Positions 25,988-35,701 of a stretch of DNA of 64,000 bases are shown here, piece after piece. A program made the translations under genes and the position numbers. Below the pieces are notes generated by a model. It did no database searches. It was given only the letters and a program-made list of their open reading frames with translations, and was not told the origin of the DNA. Numbering within the stretch: position 1 is the stretch's first letter; each line of letters begins with the position of its first letter. Source of the DNA: an uncultured delta proteobacterium (GTDB taxonomy: Bacteria; Desulfobacterota; BSN033; UBA1163); contig CAVQFR010000015.1 in NCBI GenBank assembly GCA_963711845.1, forward strand, positions 79,015-143,014, read 5' to 3'.

Positions 25988-27772
25988 ATGGAGGAGTTCG
26001 TTAAAGGCGGAGCGTTTCTGGTTGAATCGATTTCTCCTCAGGAGGTTTTTACGCCGGAGGACTTTAATGAAGAACAGCGGTTGGTCGCGAAGGCCGTGAC
26101 CGAATTTGTGGTAGGTGAAATTCAACCCGTGGCCGACGATATTGAAGAGAAGAAAGAAGGGCTCCTGCCAAGCCTCCTCAAGAAGGCTGGGGAGCTCGGG
26201 TTCCTCTCCGCAGACATTCCAGAGGAGTATGGGGGACAGGATTTGGATAAGGTGAGTTCTCTCCTTGTCTGGGAGAAGATGGCCCAGGGAGGAGGTTCCT
26301 TCATGTCCTCCTTCGGGGCTCATACCGGAATTGGTTCTCTTCCCATTGTCTTCTTTGGCACCAAAGACCAGAAGAAACGTTATCTGCCCAAGATGGCCAC
26401 AGGAGAGATCATTGGCGCCTACGCCCTGACAGAACCCGAAGCAGGCTCGGATGCCCTGAATTCAAAGACCACGGCCATCCTCAGCCCGGACGGAAAATAT
26501 TACATTTTGAACGGTCAGAAACAATTCATCACCAATGCCGGGTTTGCCGGTACCTTCGTCACCTATGCCAAAGTGGATGGGGACAAATTCACCTCTTTCA
26601 TCGTCGAGCGAAATTTCGAAGGCGTCTCTCTGGATGAGGAAGAGAATAAGATGGGGGTGAAAGGCTCCTCCACTCGAGGCGTGATCTACTCCGATGTCAA
26701 AGTGCCTGTAGAGAATGTTCTTGGAGAGATTGGAAGGGGCCACATCGTCGCTTTGAATGTCCTGAATATTGCTCGTTTCAGCTTGGGTGCGGGCTGTCTG
26801 GGAGGGGCAAAGAGTGCCCTGCAGGAGGCAGTCACTTATGCCAAGAAGAGGGTTCAGTTCGGAAGGCCCATTGCCGAGTTCGGTCTGATCAAATACAAGA
26901 TTGCGGAGATGGCGATCCGGACGTTCATCTCGGAGAGCATGGTTTACCGAACAGGGGGTCTGACGGATCGGATTCTCCGACGCATCGACCGCCAGGCTGA
27001 AGATGTCGGGATTCAGATGGCAAGGGGAATTGAGGAGTACAATATTGAAGACTCGATCAACAAGGTCTATTGCTCGGAGATGGCGGGCTATGTGGTCGAT
27101 GAAGCCGTTCAGATCCACGGAGGCTACGGGTATATTCATGATTATCCGGTTGAGCGGGGTTACAGGGACGAACGGATTAACCGGATCTGGGAAGGGACGA
27201 ACGAGATCAATCGTCTGCTGATCGTGGACATGTTGACGAGAAGGGCGATGAAGAATCGTCTCCCTGTGCTCGCGGCAGCCCAGAAAGTGGCCAACGAGCT
27301 TCTCACCCTTCGGCCCAAAGTAGAGACGGATGATGGCAAGCTCACCCTGCAGAAGGAAATGGTAGAGATGTCAAAAAAGATCGGTCTCCTTGTCGCCGGC
27401 GCTGCGGTTCAGAAGTATATGATGAAGTTGGGAGATCCAGAGCAAGAGGACATCGTGGCATTGATCAGTAACATCGTCATTGAGGTCTTCGCCATGGAAA
27501 GCGGCCTCCTTCGAGCAATGAAGACCATGGAAAAGCTTGGAGATGAGAAATCCCAGATTCAGAAAGCCATGGTCAAGGTTTATGTCAATGATGGCTTTGG
27601 TCGTGTGGAGGGTTTCGCGAAACAGGCCTTCGCTGCCATTGCTGAGGGTGACATCCTCAGGACACAGCTCTCCGCGCTCAAGAAACTTACCCGTTTTGAA
27701 CCTGTGAACACAGTCGCCTTGAGACGGGAGATCGCAGATTCTGTGATTAAAATAGGAAGATATCCATTTTAA
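25988..27772 (+). CDS. Acyl-CoA dehydrogenase, long FadE type (about 590 aa with extra C-terminal domain)
   Basis: 594-aa ORF with an ACAD core (GAYALTEPEAGSDA, QIHGGYGYIHDYPVERGYRDERINRIWEGTNEI) plus a C-terminal extension of about 190 aa. Close paralogue of 45386-47164. Confidence 0.9.
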   Translation: MEEFVKGGAFLVESISPQEVFTPEDFNEEQRLVAKAVTEFVVGEIQPVADDIEEKKEGLLPSLLKKAGELGFLSADIPEEYGGQDLDKVSSLLVWEKMAQGGGSFMSSFGAHTGIGSLPIVFFGTKDQKKRYLPKMATGEIIGAYALTEPEAGSDALNSKTTAILSPDGKYYILNGQKQFITNAGFAGTFVTYAKVDGDKFTSFIVERNFEGVSLDEEENKMGVKGSSTRGVIYSDVKVPVENVLGEIGRGHIVALNVLNIARFSLGAGCLGGAKSALQEAVTYAKKRVQFGRPIAEFGLIKYKIAEMAIRTFISESMVYRTGGLTDRILRRIDRQAEDVGIQMARGIEEYNIEDSINKVYCSEMAGYVVDEAVQIHGGYGYIHDYPVERGYRDERINRIWEGTNEINRLLIVDMLTRRAMKNRLPVLAAAQKVANELLTLRPKVETDDGKLTLQKEMVEMSKKIGLLVAGAAVQKYMMKLGDPEQEDIVALISNIVIEVFAMESGLLRAMKTMEKLGDEKSQIQKAMVKVYVNDGFGRVEGFAKQAFAAIAEGDILRTQLSALKKLTRFEPVNTVALRREIADSVIKIGRYPF

Positions 27773-27843
27773 GAATCACTGAGGACTAAGCGTGAACGAT
27801 CGTATCTATCTCGTATTTTGAAAAAGTCCTTATGCGCGATAAA

Positions 27844-27977
27844 GCACCAAATCCCAAGCACCAGTACCCAAACAATGACCAAAATTCCAATGACCGAAAT
27901 CCCAAAGAAAATCTTTTAGTAATTGGAGTTTGGTGATTGGATATTATTTGGAATTTGGAACTTGGTGATTGGAATTT
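27844..27977. repeat. About 130-nt AT-rich imperfect hairpin built from CACCAAATCCCAA / TTGGAATTTGG words
   Basis: The left arm (about 27844-27906) is complementary to the right arm (about 27921-27977). It lies between fadE-type 25988 and abfD. Confidence 0.7.
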
Positions 27978-28092
27978 ATGAAGGGTCGGCACCAGGCCTT
28001 GAACCTTGCCTCTATTTGACAAGGCAGCTCATGCTTACGCCGGGCAGCTGTCCGGTCGTGGCGATAAGATAGAAAACGGAGAGAAATCAGAC

Positions 28093-29547
28093 ATGGCGCT
28101 CAAAAAAGGAGACGAATACATCGCTTCCCTCAAGTCTCTTGGGCTGGAGGCGAATGTGATGGGTGAGAAAACCCGAGATTTACCCGACCACCCATTGGTG
28201 ACACCCTCGGTCCGTGCTGTGGCGTCGACTTTCGACTGTGCCTATAGTGATGAGACTCGAGACCTTTTCCGGGTGAGGTCCTCGTTATCAGGGGAAGAGA
28301 TCAATCGTTTTACCCATTTACACCAGAGCCCCGAAGACCTGATGAAGAAAGTGATGATGCAGAGGACCTGTGGAAACATCACGGCATGTTGTTTTCAACG
28401 ATGCGTGGGTCTGGATGCAGCCAATGCGGTCTTCAGCGTCACCTATGAATGCGATCAGGAACATGGCACCAATTACCATAAACGTTTTCGAGAGTATTGG
28501 ACCCGGATTCAGCTCGATGATTTAGTGGTCGATGGAGCCATGACCGACCCAAAGGGTGACCGGGGAAAACGACCCAAGGACCAATCAGACCCGGATCTTT
28601 TCTTGCGAGTCGTGGAACGGAAACGCAGTGGCGTGGTGGTCCGTGGTGCCAAGCTCCATCAAACGGGGATGATCAACTCCCATGAAATCATCGTCATGCC
28701 CACGACAAACTTGATTCCGAAGGAGGAGGATTGGGCCATCTGTTTTGCCGTTCCAACCAATGCAAAAGGCATCAAGCATATCTACGGGCGACAAGCGAGT
28801 GATACCCGAAAGCTGGAGGAACCCAGTCGGCTGGATATTGGCAATCCTGCTTTTGGCGGCCAGGAGGTGATGACCGTTTTTGAAGATGTGTTTGTTCCGG
28901 AGGAACGCATCTTTCTCAATGGAGAAGTCGACCTGTCGGGGCGACTAGTGGAACGCTTCGCAGCTTATCACCGCCAGAGTTATGGGGGATGCAAGGTTGG
29001 AGTCGGCGATGTTCTCATCGGGGCCACGGCCCTGATCGCCCGGATGAACGGAGTGGAAGGCGCTTCCCACATCCGGGACAAAATCGTTGAGATGATTCAC
29101 CTCAATGAAACGATGTTCGCTTGCGGCATTGCTTGCTCGGCCTTAGGACACCCGACGAAAGCGGGAAATTATGAAGTGGATATGCTCCTGGCCAATGTCT
29201 GCAAGCTGAACGTGACCCGTTTTCCTTTCGAGATGGCCCGTCTGGCCACGGATATTGCCGGCGGATTGATCGGAACCATGCCTTCAGCCAAAGACCTGGA
29301 GGACCCGGTCGCAGGGCCCTATATCAAAAAATACTTAGCGGCAGTCAAAGGCGTGGATGTGGTGGACCGGATGAAGGTTTTACGTTTGATTGAGAATATC
29401 GTCGCGGGTGCAGGTGCCGTTGCTTACCTGATTGAGTCTGTGCACGGGGCCGGTTCACCGATGGCCCAGCGCATCATGATTGCACGTCAAGGAGAGATCG
29501 AAAGCAAAATCAGCCGGGTGAAGGGGCTCTTGGATATCAGCTCTTAG
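28093..29547 (+). CDS. abfD: 4-hydroxybutyryl-CoA dehydratase / vinylacetyl-CoA delta-isomerase
   Basis: ATG at 28093 after GGAGAG. From memory it is near-collinear with clostridial AbfD: CCFQRCVGLDA, DPKGDRGKRP, RGAKLHQTGMINSHE, YHRQSYGGCKVGVGD, ESVHGAGSPMAQRIMIARQG. Confidence 0.85.
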   Translation: MALKKGDEYIASLKSLGLEANVMGEKTRDLPDHPLVTPSVRAVASTFDCAYSDETRDLFRVRSSLSGEEINRFTHLHQSPEDLMKKVMMQRTCGNITACCFQRCVGLDAANAVFSVTYECDQEHGTNYHKRFREYWTRIQLDDLVVDGAMTDPKGDRGKRPKDQSDPDLFLRVVERKRSGVVVRGAKLHQTGMINSHEIIVMPTTNLIPKEEDWAICFAVPTNAKGIKHIYGRQASDTRKLEEPSRLDIGNPAFGGQEVMTVFEDVFVPEERIFLNGEVDLSGRLVERFAAYHRQSYGGCKVGVGDVLIGATALIARMNGVEGASHIRDKIVEMIHLNETMFACGIACSALGHPTKAGNYEVDMLLANVCKLNVTRFPFEMARLATDIAGGLIGTMPSAKDLEDPVAGPYIKKYLAAVKGVDVVDRMKVLRLIENIVAGAGAVAYLIESVHGAGSPMAQRIMIARQGEIESKISRVKGLLDISS

Positions 29548-29630
29548 AAAAAAGACTTCAGGCCTCATGGACTACGGCTGATCGCTCGCCGCCCTCTCTG
29601 AAAAAAGCGAAGAACGGGAGAAAGAGAAGC

Positions 29631-30845
29631 ATGGAAAAAACAATGAGAGAAGTGGTGATTGCCGGATATTTGAGAACTGCCCAATCCAGGTCCAGGCCCA
29701 ATGACCCGGCTCGGGACTGGTTCCACAAGCTAAGGGCTGATGAACTTCTGGCCAAGCTCCTGCCGGAGGTGATCAAACGGACCGGGATCAGGGCGGAGGA
29801 GATCGATGATTTCATTGTGGGATCCTCCAACGGAGTGAGTGAACAATGGACTTATGGCGGGCGTACTCCCATTTTCCTTGCCAATTTGCCCAAAACGACT
29901 CCTGCTAAGTTCGTCGACCAACAGTGTGGCTCATCCATCGCCGCCATTCATGTCGGCTTCATGGAGATTGCTATGGGCTTTGCGGACATCGTGATGACCG
30001 GCGGAATGGAGCACATGACCCGGGTCCCTATGGGCGGAGCCCTTATGGAAAAGGGAGCGATCTCCTTGAACATGCGTCTTTATACGGAGCCGGCCTACAA
30101 ACACTGGGACATGATGACGACCACGAACATGGGGCTCACCGCGGAGAAGCTTTTTGCACAGAGAGAATTTACCAAAGAAGAAATGGATCGCTGGGGAACT
30201 CGTTCCCACCAACTGGCTTCGAAGGCTTATAAGGAGGGATTCTTCAGAGATGAAATCCTCCCCATCGAAGCCGAGCAGGCAGACGGAAAGATTTTGATTG
30301 TGGATCGAGACCAGGCCGTTCGGGATGATGCCACGCTGGAGGGAATGAAGGATCTCAAACCAGCCTTTAAGCCTGATGGGGTCATCACCCCTGGAAATTC
30401 CTCCCCCCTGAACGCTGCGGCATCCTCGATGATTCTGATGTCAAAGGAGACCGCGAAGAAAAAAGGGATCCAGCCGATGGCGACCCTCCGGTCCATGGGA
30501 TTCGCAGGAGTGGACCCTACTATCATGGGCGTGGGTCCTGTCCCCGCCAGCCGCATGGCCTTAGAGAAGGCGGGTTTGCAGGTGAAAGACATCGATTACT
30601 GGGAGATCAACGAGGCCTTCGCCATCGTTGCCCTGAACTGTATCAAGGAGTTGGGTATCGATCCGGATCGAGTGAATGTGATGGGAGGAGGCACGGCCAT
30701 CGGCCATGCCTTGGGAGCCACAGGAGTCCGTCTCGTAGGAACCCTGGCCCGGATTTTGAAAATCAAGAACGGACGCTATGGTCTTGCCAACGCTTGCGTC
30801 GGTGGTGGGCAGGGGGTAGCCACCATCATCGAGAGAGAAAAATAA
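29631..30845 (+). CDS. Acetyl-CoA C-acyltransferase (thiolase)
   Basis: 404-aa ORF with an active-site Cys context (QQCGSS), NEAFA, GHALGATG and a C-terminal NACVGGGQG. Confidence 0.9.
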   Translation: MEKTMREVVIAGYLRTAQSRSRPNDPARDWFHKLRADELLAKLLPEVIKRTGIRAEEIDDFIVGSSNGVSEQWTYGGRTPIFLANLPKTTPAKFVDQQCGSSIAAIHVGFMEIAMGFADIVMTGGMEHMTRVPMGGALMEKGAISLNMRLYTEPAYKHWDMMTTTNMGLTAEKLFAQREFTKEEMDRWGTRSHQLASKAYKEGFFRDEILPIEAEQADGKILIVDRDQAVRDDATLEGMKDLKPAFKPDGVITPGNSSPLNAAASSMILMSKETAKKKGIQPMATLRSMGFAGVDPTIMGVGPVPASRMALEKAGLQVKDIDYWEINEAFAIVALNCIKELGIDPDRVNVMGGGTAIGHALGATGVRLVGTLARILKIKNGRYGLANACVGGGQGVATIIEREK

Positions 30846-30878
30846 GACCCTAGACTCTAGCCAAAAATATTTGAAATT

Positions 30879-30927
30879 CCCCTCACCCTCCCCCTCTCCC
30901 CAGCGGGGAGAGGGAGGGGTGAGGGGG
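30879..30927. repeat. Near-perfect GC-rich REP hairpin
   Basis: CCCCTCACCCTCCCCCTCTCCCC-agc-GGGGAGAGGGAGGGGTGAGGGGG. Same family as the elements at 8252 and 55643. Confidence 0.85.
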
Positions 30928-30953
30928 CAACAACCTCAGAACGGGGGAAATCC

Positions 30954-33096
30954 ATGAAATCAGACTATAGAACGATAAAAGTTGAGCTTAGCAAAGGAGT
31001 GGCGATCTTGACCTTAAACAACCCACCCGTCAACCAGCTTTCTAAGCCGTTTGTCGAGGAGATGAGAGATGCCTTGATGGCAGCCTTTGGAGACAATGAA
31101 GTCAAGGCCGTGATCCTCACCGGGACTGAGAAGAACTTCATCGCAGGGGCGGACATCACCGAGATTCAGCAGGTGACAGACAGAGATTCTCTTCTCCCAC
31201 AGGTGATGGAGAACAACCGATTCCTCAATTCCATAGAGCAAGGCCCCAAGCCTGTGATTGCCGCCCTGAATGGGAACTGCCTTGGAGGAGGAATGGAAAT
31301 CGCCATGGCCTGCCACTACCGAATTGGAGCACAAGGCATACAGGTGGGACAACCGGAAGTTCAGATCGGTTTAATTCCGGGGGCAGGTGGAACCCAGAGG
31401 CTTCCCCGGCTGGTGGGGCTCCCGGATGCTCTGCAGATGATTGGAACAGGCCAGTCCATCTCTTCAGAAGAAGGGATGAAGAAGGGATGCATCGATGAGG
31501 TGGTGCCACGAGAGGTCTTGTTAGAGAAGGCCTTGGAAGTGGCCCAGCGCTTCATCTCGGGTGAATTAAATCACCAAGATCGGATGACGCGCCTGCGCAA
31601 GGATCGCCTTCCAAATTTCCTCACGAAAAAAATGATTATCTCGTACGCCAGGGGGGAGGCAGAGAAAAAAGGCAAAGGGTATATTGCACCTTTCAAGGCT
31701 ATTGAGGCCATGGAGCGAGGGTTGTCGGACGATTTCGAGGCCGACCTTAGGGTTGAGGCTGAACTCTTCAGTGATTGCGCTGTATCGGATGTGGCCAAGA
31801 ACCTCATCGGGATTTTCCTTAACACCAGGGCTGCGGGCAAGCTTCCCAGGATCAAAGGAGTGGACCCACAAAAGATCAAGACCGTGGCCATGCTTGGGGG
31901 AGGAGCTATGGGCTCCGGCATCACAAACCTCCTGCTCAGCAACGGGTTCGAGACCATTCTCTGGGATATTAATGACGAGGCCATCCAGAAGGGCCTTTCA
32001 GCCATTCGAAAGACATTTGCTTATCCTATAAAGATAGGAAAGATGACCCAAGAAGATCTTGACCGCAAGATCCGTGATCACCTCACCACCACAACCGCCC
32101 TTGAGGACCTGAAGCGTGCAGACCTCGTCATCGAAGCAGTATTGGAGGACATGAAGATCAAGCAGGGGATTTGGAAAAATCTTGAAGAGATCTGTCGGCC
32201 CGAGGTTATTTTCGCCTCGAATACATCAGCCCTTCCCATTACAGAAATGGCCTCTGTTCTAAAAGATCCCGGCAGGATGATTGGACTCCACTTCTTCAAC
32301 CCTGCGGAGCGGATGCAATTACTGGAGATCATCTGCGGAAAAAAGACGTCGGATGGTTCATTGGCCACCAGTGTCGCCTTCGCGCAGAGCGATACGGAAG
32401 GTGCCTATTGTCGTGAACGATGGTCCTGGCTTCTACGTGTCGAGACAACTTGGGGGGCTTCTGGGCGAATCTACTTTCTTGGTAGGTGAGGGAGTGGATG
32501 CGGCCCGGATTGAAGAAGCGGTCGTCGATTTTGGATTGCCCATGGGACCGGCCACTCTGGGCGACCTGACTGGTATCGACATCAACTACCATGTGATCAG
32601 GAATTTTGAGAGATCCCTTGGGGAGCGCTGGAAGACCTCGCCGATCTACGAACTCGTTTACCAAACTGGATGTTATGGTCGTAAGACTGGAGCAGGTTGG
32701 TACGATTACAGTGGAGAGAAACCCGTTCCCAATCCCAAAGTCCATGAAGCGATCAAGAAATATTTGAAGGAGAAAAAGATCCAGCCCAAAAAGTTTTCTC
32801 ACAAGGAGATCGTGGATCGGATGCTTGCCCGGGCCATCAACGAAGCTGCTTATATGATCCAGGAGGGAATCTGCGATCGGCCTCAAGACATGGACTTGGC
32901 GATGATCTACGGAACCGGGTTTCCTCCATACCGGGGCGGCATTCTCCGCTACGCCGATGCCTGGGGAATACGCAATGTCTACGAGCATCTCTTGAAGCTG
33001 GAGAAGGAGCACGGAGTCCGATTTAAACCCGCCTCCCTGCTCAAGGAAATGGCTGAATCCGGACGAACGTTTTACGGGAGAGCTACGCTCTCCTGA
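30954..33096 (+). pseudogene. Fused enoyl-CoA hydratase / 3-hydroxyacyl-CoA dehydrogenase (FadB/FadJ-like) with one +1 frameshift
   Basis: Crotonase domain (FIAGADI, GNCLGGGMEIAMACHYR), then a Rossmann domain (VAMLGGGAMGSGI). The frame breaks near 32388 (..ATSVAFA / AIRKVPIVVNDGPGFYVSRQL), then runs on to 33096. Confidence 0.85.
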
Positions 33097-33188
33097 TTAC
33101 ACAGATTTGAAAAAAGGATTACACAGATTTCATGAAATTCTTGATGAATTTCGAATCCGTGTAATCGGTTTTTAATCGTTGTAATCAG
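33095..33188. repeat. GATTACACAGATTT word repeats: two direct copies plus inverted copies forming a hairpin with arms of about 24 nt
   Basis: Direct copies at 33095-33108 and 33117-33130. Inverted copy AATCCGTGTAATC at 33154-33166. Partial copy at 33177-33188. Confidence 0.7.
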
Positions 33189-33224
33189 AGATTTCAGAAA
33201 ATCTCAAGAAAGGAGGGGTTCCAA

Positions 33225-34547
33225 ATGGAAAGGTGGGAGAAAAGAATTTTCGTATTGGCAATGGTTTTCTTATTCGCAGTGTCATCTTTCACAGTTGCTT
33301 TTGGACAGGAGCATTAAGATCGGCGTGATCGGCCCGATGAAATTTGTGCAGGGCATAGGGCCATTGGAACGGGGCGACCATGGCCGCCGAGGAGATTAAT
33401 GCCAAAGGAGGCATTCAGGTCGGCAACAAAAAGATGAAGATCGAGCTTATTCAGGCGGATTCCAACGAATTTCTCAACGTCACGGACGCCACCAATGCCA
33501 TGGAGCGGCTCATCACGAAGGACAAGGTGGACTTCGTTGTTGGCGGTTTCCGGACCGAGGCCGTCCTGGCCATGCAGGACATTGCCATGGAGAACAAGAA
33601 GATCTTTATCGGCTGTTGGGGCTGCCCATGATGAGCTCTGTAACCGGGTGGCCAAGAACTACAACACGTACAAATATTGGTTCCGGGGCTCCCCTTTCAA
33701 TTCCACATTCCTTGTCAGAACGAGCTTCATCCATTTGGGCACTGTCGGAGCCATATTGAAACAATCCTTAAACATACCCAAGATAAAGGTCGCTATCGTC
33801 GCGGAAAAGGCCATGTGGACTGATCCGATGATTCAAGGCGGCCGAAGGCTACCATCCCCAAGATGGGTATGGAGGTGGCAGGCGTTTGGAGACCCTCTCC
33901 GGTGGCCACGGATGTCACAGCCGAACTTTCTGCCATCCAGCGTTCAGAGGCCCATATCATTTTCACGATCTTTTCCTCGTCGGTGGGGATTCCCTTTGCC
34001 AGACAGGCAGGAGAACTCAAGATTCCGGCTGTGCAGGTCGGCATCAATGTGGAGGCCCAGAAGGATGGCTTCTGGCAGGCCACCCAGGGAATGGGCAACT
34101 ATGTTATGACCATGAATACCTATGCCCGTGGGGTCGAGTACAATGAACTCACAAAGCCCTTTGTTGACGGCTATGTGAAAAGATTCGGTGAGACGCCGAC
34201 CTACACCGCGGATACTTACGCCGCTATTGTCTACACGCTTGCGCCGACCATTGAGAAGGCCGGGACCCTCGATTCTGACAAGCTGGTGGCCGTTTATGGA
34301 AAATGATGTGCACAAGGGCCCTTCCGGCACAGTGGCATACCTGAAGGATGCCGAAGGACGACCCCTTCATGAACTCAGATGGGGTCCAGGATACCTGACC
34401 AGCTTGGGTGTCCAATGGCAGGATGGTGAGCTAAAGGGCGTCTGGCCCAACAAGTGGAAGGCAACCCCAGAGGCGCCTGAGATCACGTACAAGGGGATTG
34501 TCCCCTACAAGATACCGCCCTGGGTCATCGAGAAGTATAAGAAATAA
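33225..34547 (+). pseudogene. LivK-type substrate-binding protein with five frameshifts (locus B)
   Basis: ATG at 33225 after AGGAGG, with signal peptide MERWEKRIFVLAMVFLFAVSSFTVAFGQE. Recognisable binding-protein sequence can be followed through frames 0>1>2>0>2>0, with breaks near 33313, 33358, 33620, 33845 and 34295. Confidence 0.8.
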
Positions 34548-34677
34548 TGGTATTCATGGAGACGATGAACCGTTCACCTGCAGAGACGATCGATGTCATT
34601 CCAATGATCGAGATCGTTACATCGAGTTTCGAGCATTGTCAAATTCGGCTGTTTGAGTACTGATTTCGAATCTTGCC

Positions 34678-35577
34678 ATGTCGCAAGGGCATGAGGTAAT
34701 ATGGGATCTCATTCTGAACATCATCATCAGCGGTCTCATCAGTGGGAGTGTATACGCCCTTCTCGCCATTGGGTTTTCCCTGATCTTCGGTGTAGCCCGC
34801 ATCGTAAACATCGCCCACACCGCCTTCTACATGGTGGCTGCTTACTGCATCTATTTCGTCACCCACAAGATGGGCTTTCATCCCATGTGGGGCATGGTTG
34901 CAGCCATCGTTCTGGTCACCCTGTTGGGCCTGATCTCCTACAAGCTCTTCATCAACCCTATCCGAGAACATGAGGGTGCTGTGCTGATAGCAACCATCGC
35001 CCTGGCTATGGCCTTTCAGGAGATTATGACTCTCATATTCACGGGCACCTATTTGAGTGTACCCTCACTGATCAAGGGGTATCTTGTGATCTTGGGTGTA
35101 AAGGTCTTTTATCAACAGCTTCTGACCTTCTGTGTGGCCTTGCTTATCATGGCAGTGCTTTGGGTCCTTCTGATGAAAACCAAACTGGGCTTGGCCATCC
35201 GATCCACTGCTCAAGACAGGGAAGTGGCCAACCTCATGGGGATCAACGAGGCTCGGGTAGCCATGATCACCATGGGCATCTCCGTTGGGTTAGCCGCTTT
35301 CACAGGCGCTGTCGTCGTACCCCTCACCATACTTGAACCGCACATGTGGATGCACCCGCTGATCATGATGATGGCAGTCGTCGTACTGGGTGGACTTGGC
35401 AGTCTCAAGGGCAGCTTCATGGGGGCATACATCCTGGGTTTTGCAGAAGCATTGGTGGTCTTTCTTGCTCCCATGGGCGCCTTTCTGAAGGGTTCCGTGG
35501 CCCTCTCCGTCATGATCCTGGTATTGCTCATCAGGCCGGAAGGCCTCTTTGGTGTGTCCTTCGAGGAAGAAAGATAG
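34678..35577 (+). CDS. livH: HAAT ABC transporter permease LivH type (locus B)
   Basis: 299-aa intact polytopic ORF with typical LivH motifs (SGSVYALLAIGFSLIFGVARIVNIAHT, AQDREVANLMGIN). Confidence 0.85.
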   Translation: MSQGHEVIWDLILNIIISGLISGSVYALLAIGFSLIFGVARIVNIAHTAFYMVAAYCIYFVTHKMGFHPMWGMVAAIVLVTLLGLISYKLFINPIREHEGAVLIATIALAMAFQEIMTLIFTGTYLSVPSLIKGYLVILGVKVFYQQLLTFCVALLIMAVLWVLLMKTKLGLAIRSTAQDREVANLMGINEARVAMITMGISVGLAAFTGAVVVPLTILEPHMWMHPLIMMMAVVVLGGLGSLKGSFMGAYILGFAEALVVFLAPMGAFLKGSVALSVMILVLLIRPEGLFGVSFEEER

Positions 35578-35578
35578 A

Positions 35579-35611
35579 CCCCGTTAGAAGGCCTTCGCCC
35601 TTCTAACGGGG
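35579..35611. repeat. 13-bp-stem hairpin CCCCGTTAGAAGG-ccttcg-CCCTTCTAACGGGG after the livH stop (TTCTAACGGGG word family)
   Basis: Read directly. A further copy of the word lies at 35685-35696 and a second imperfect hairpin at 35635-35683. Related words occur at 45205-45330. Confidence 0.8.
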
Positions 35612-35701
35612 CTCCAAAAGAAATGCGATTTTCATCCCCGCTACAAGCCCTGCACCGCATGGTGTACAGGGCAAGCAGTGGGGCTTTCTAACGGGGTAGA
35701 C

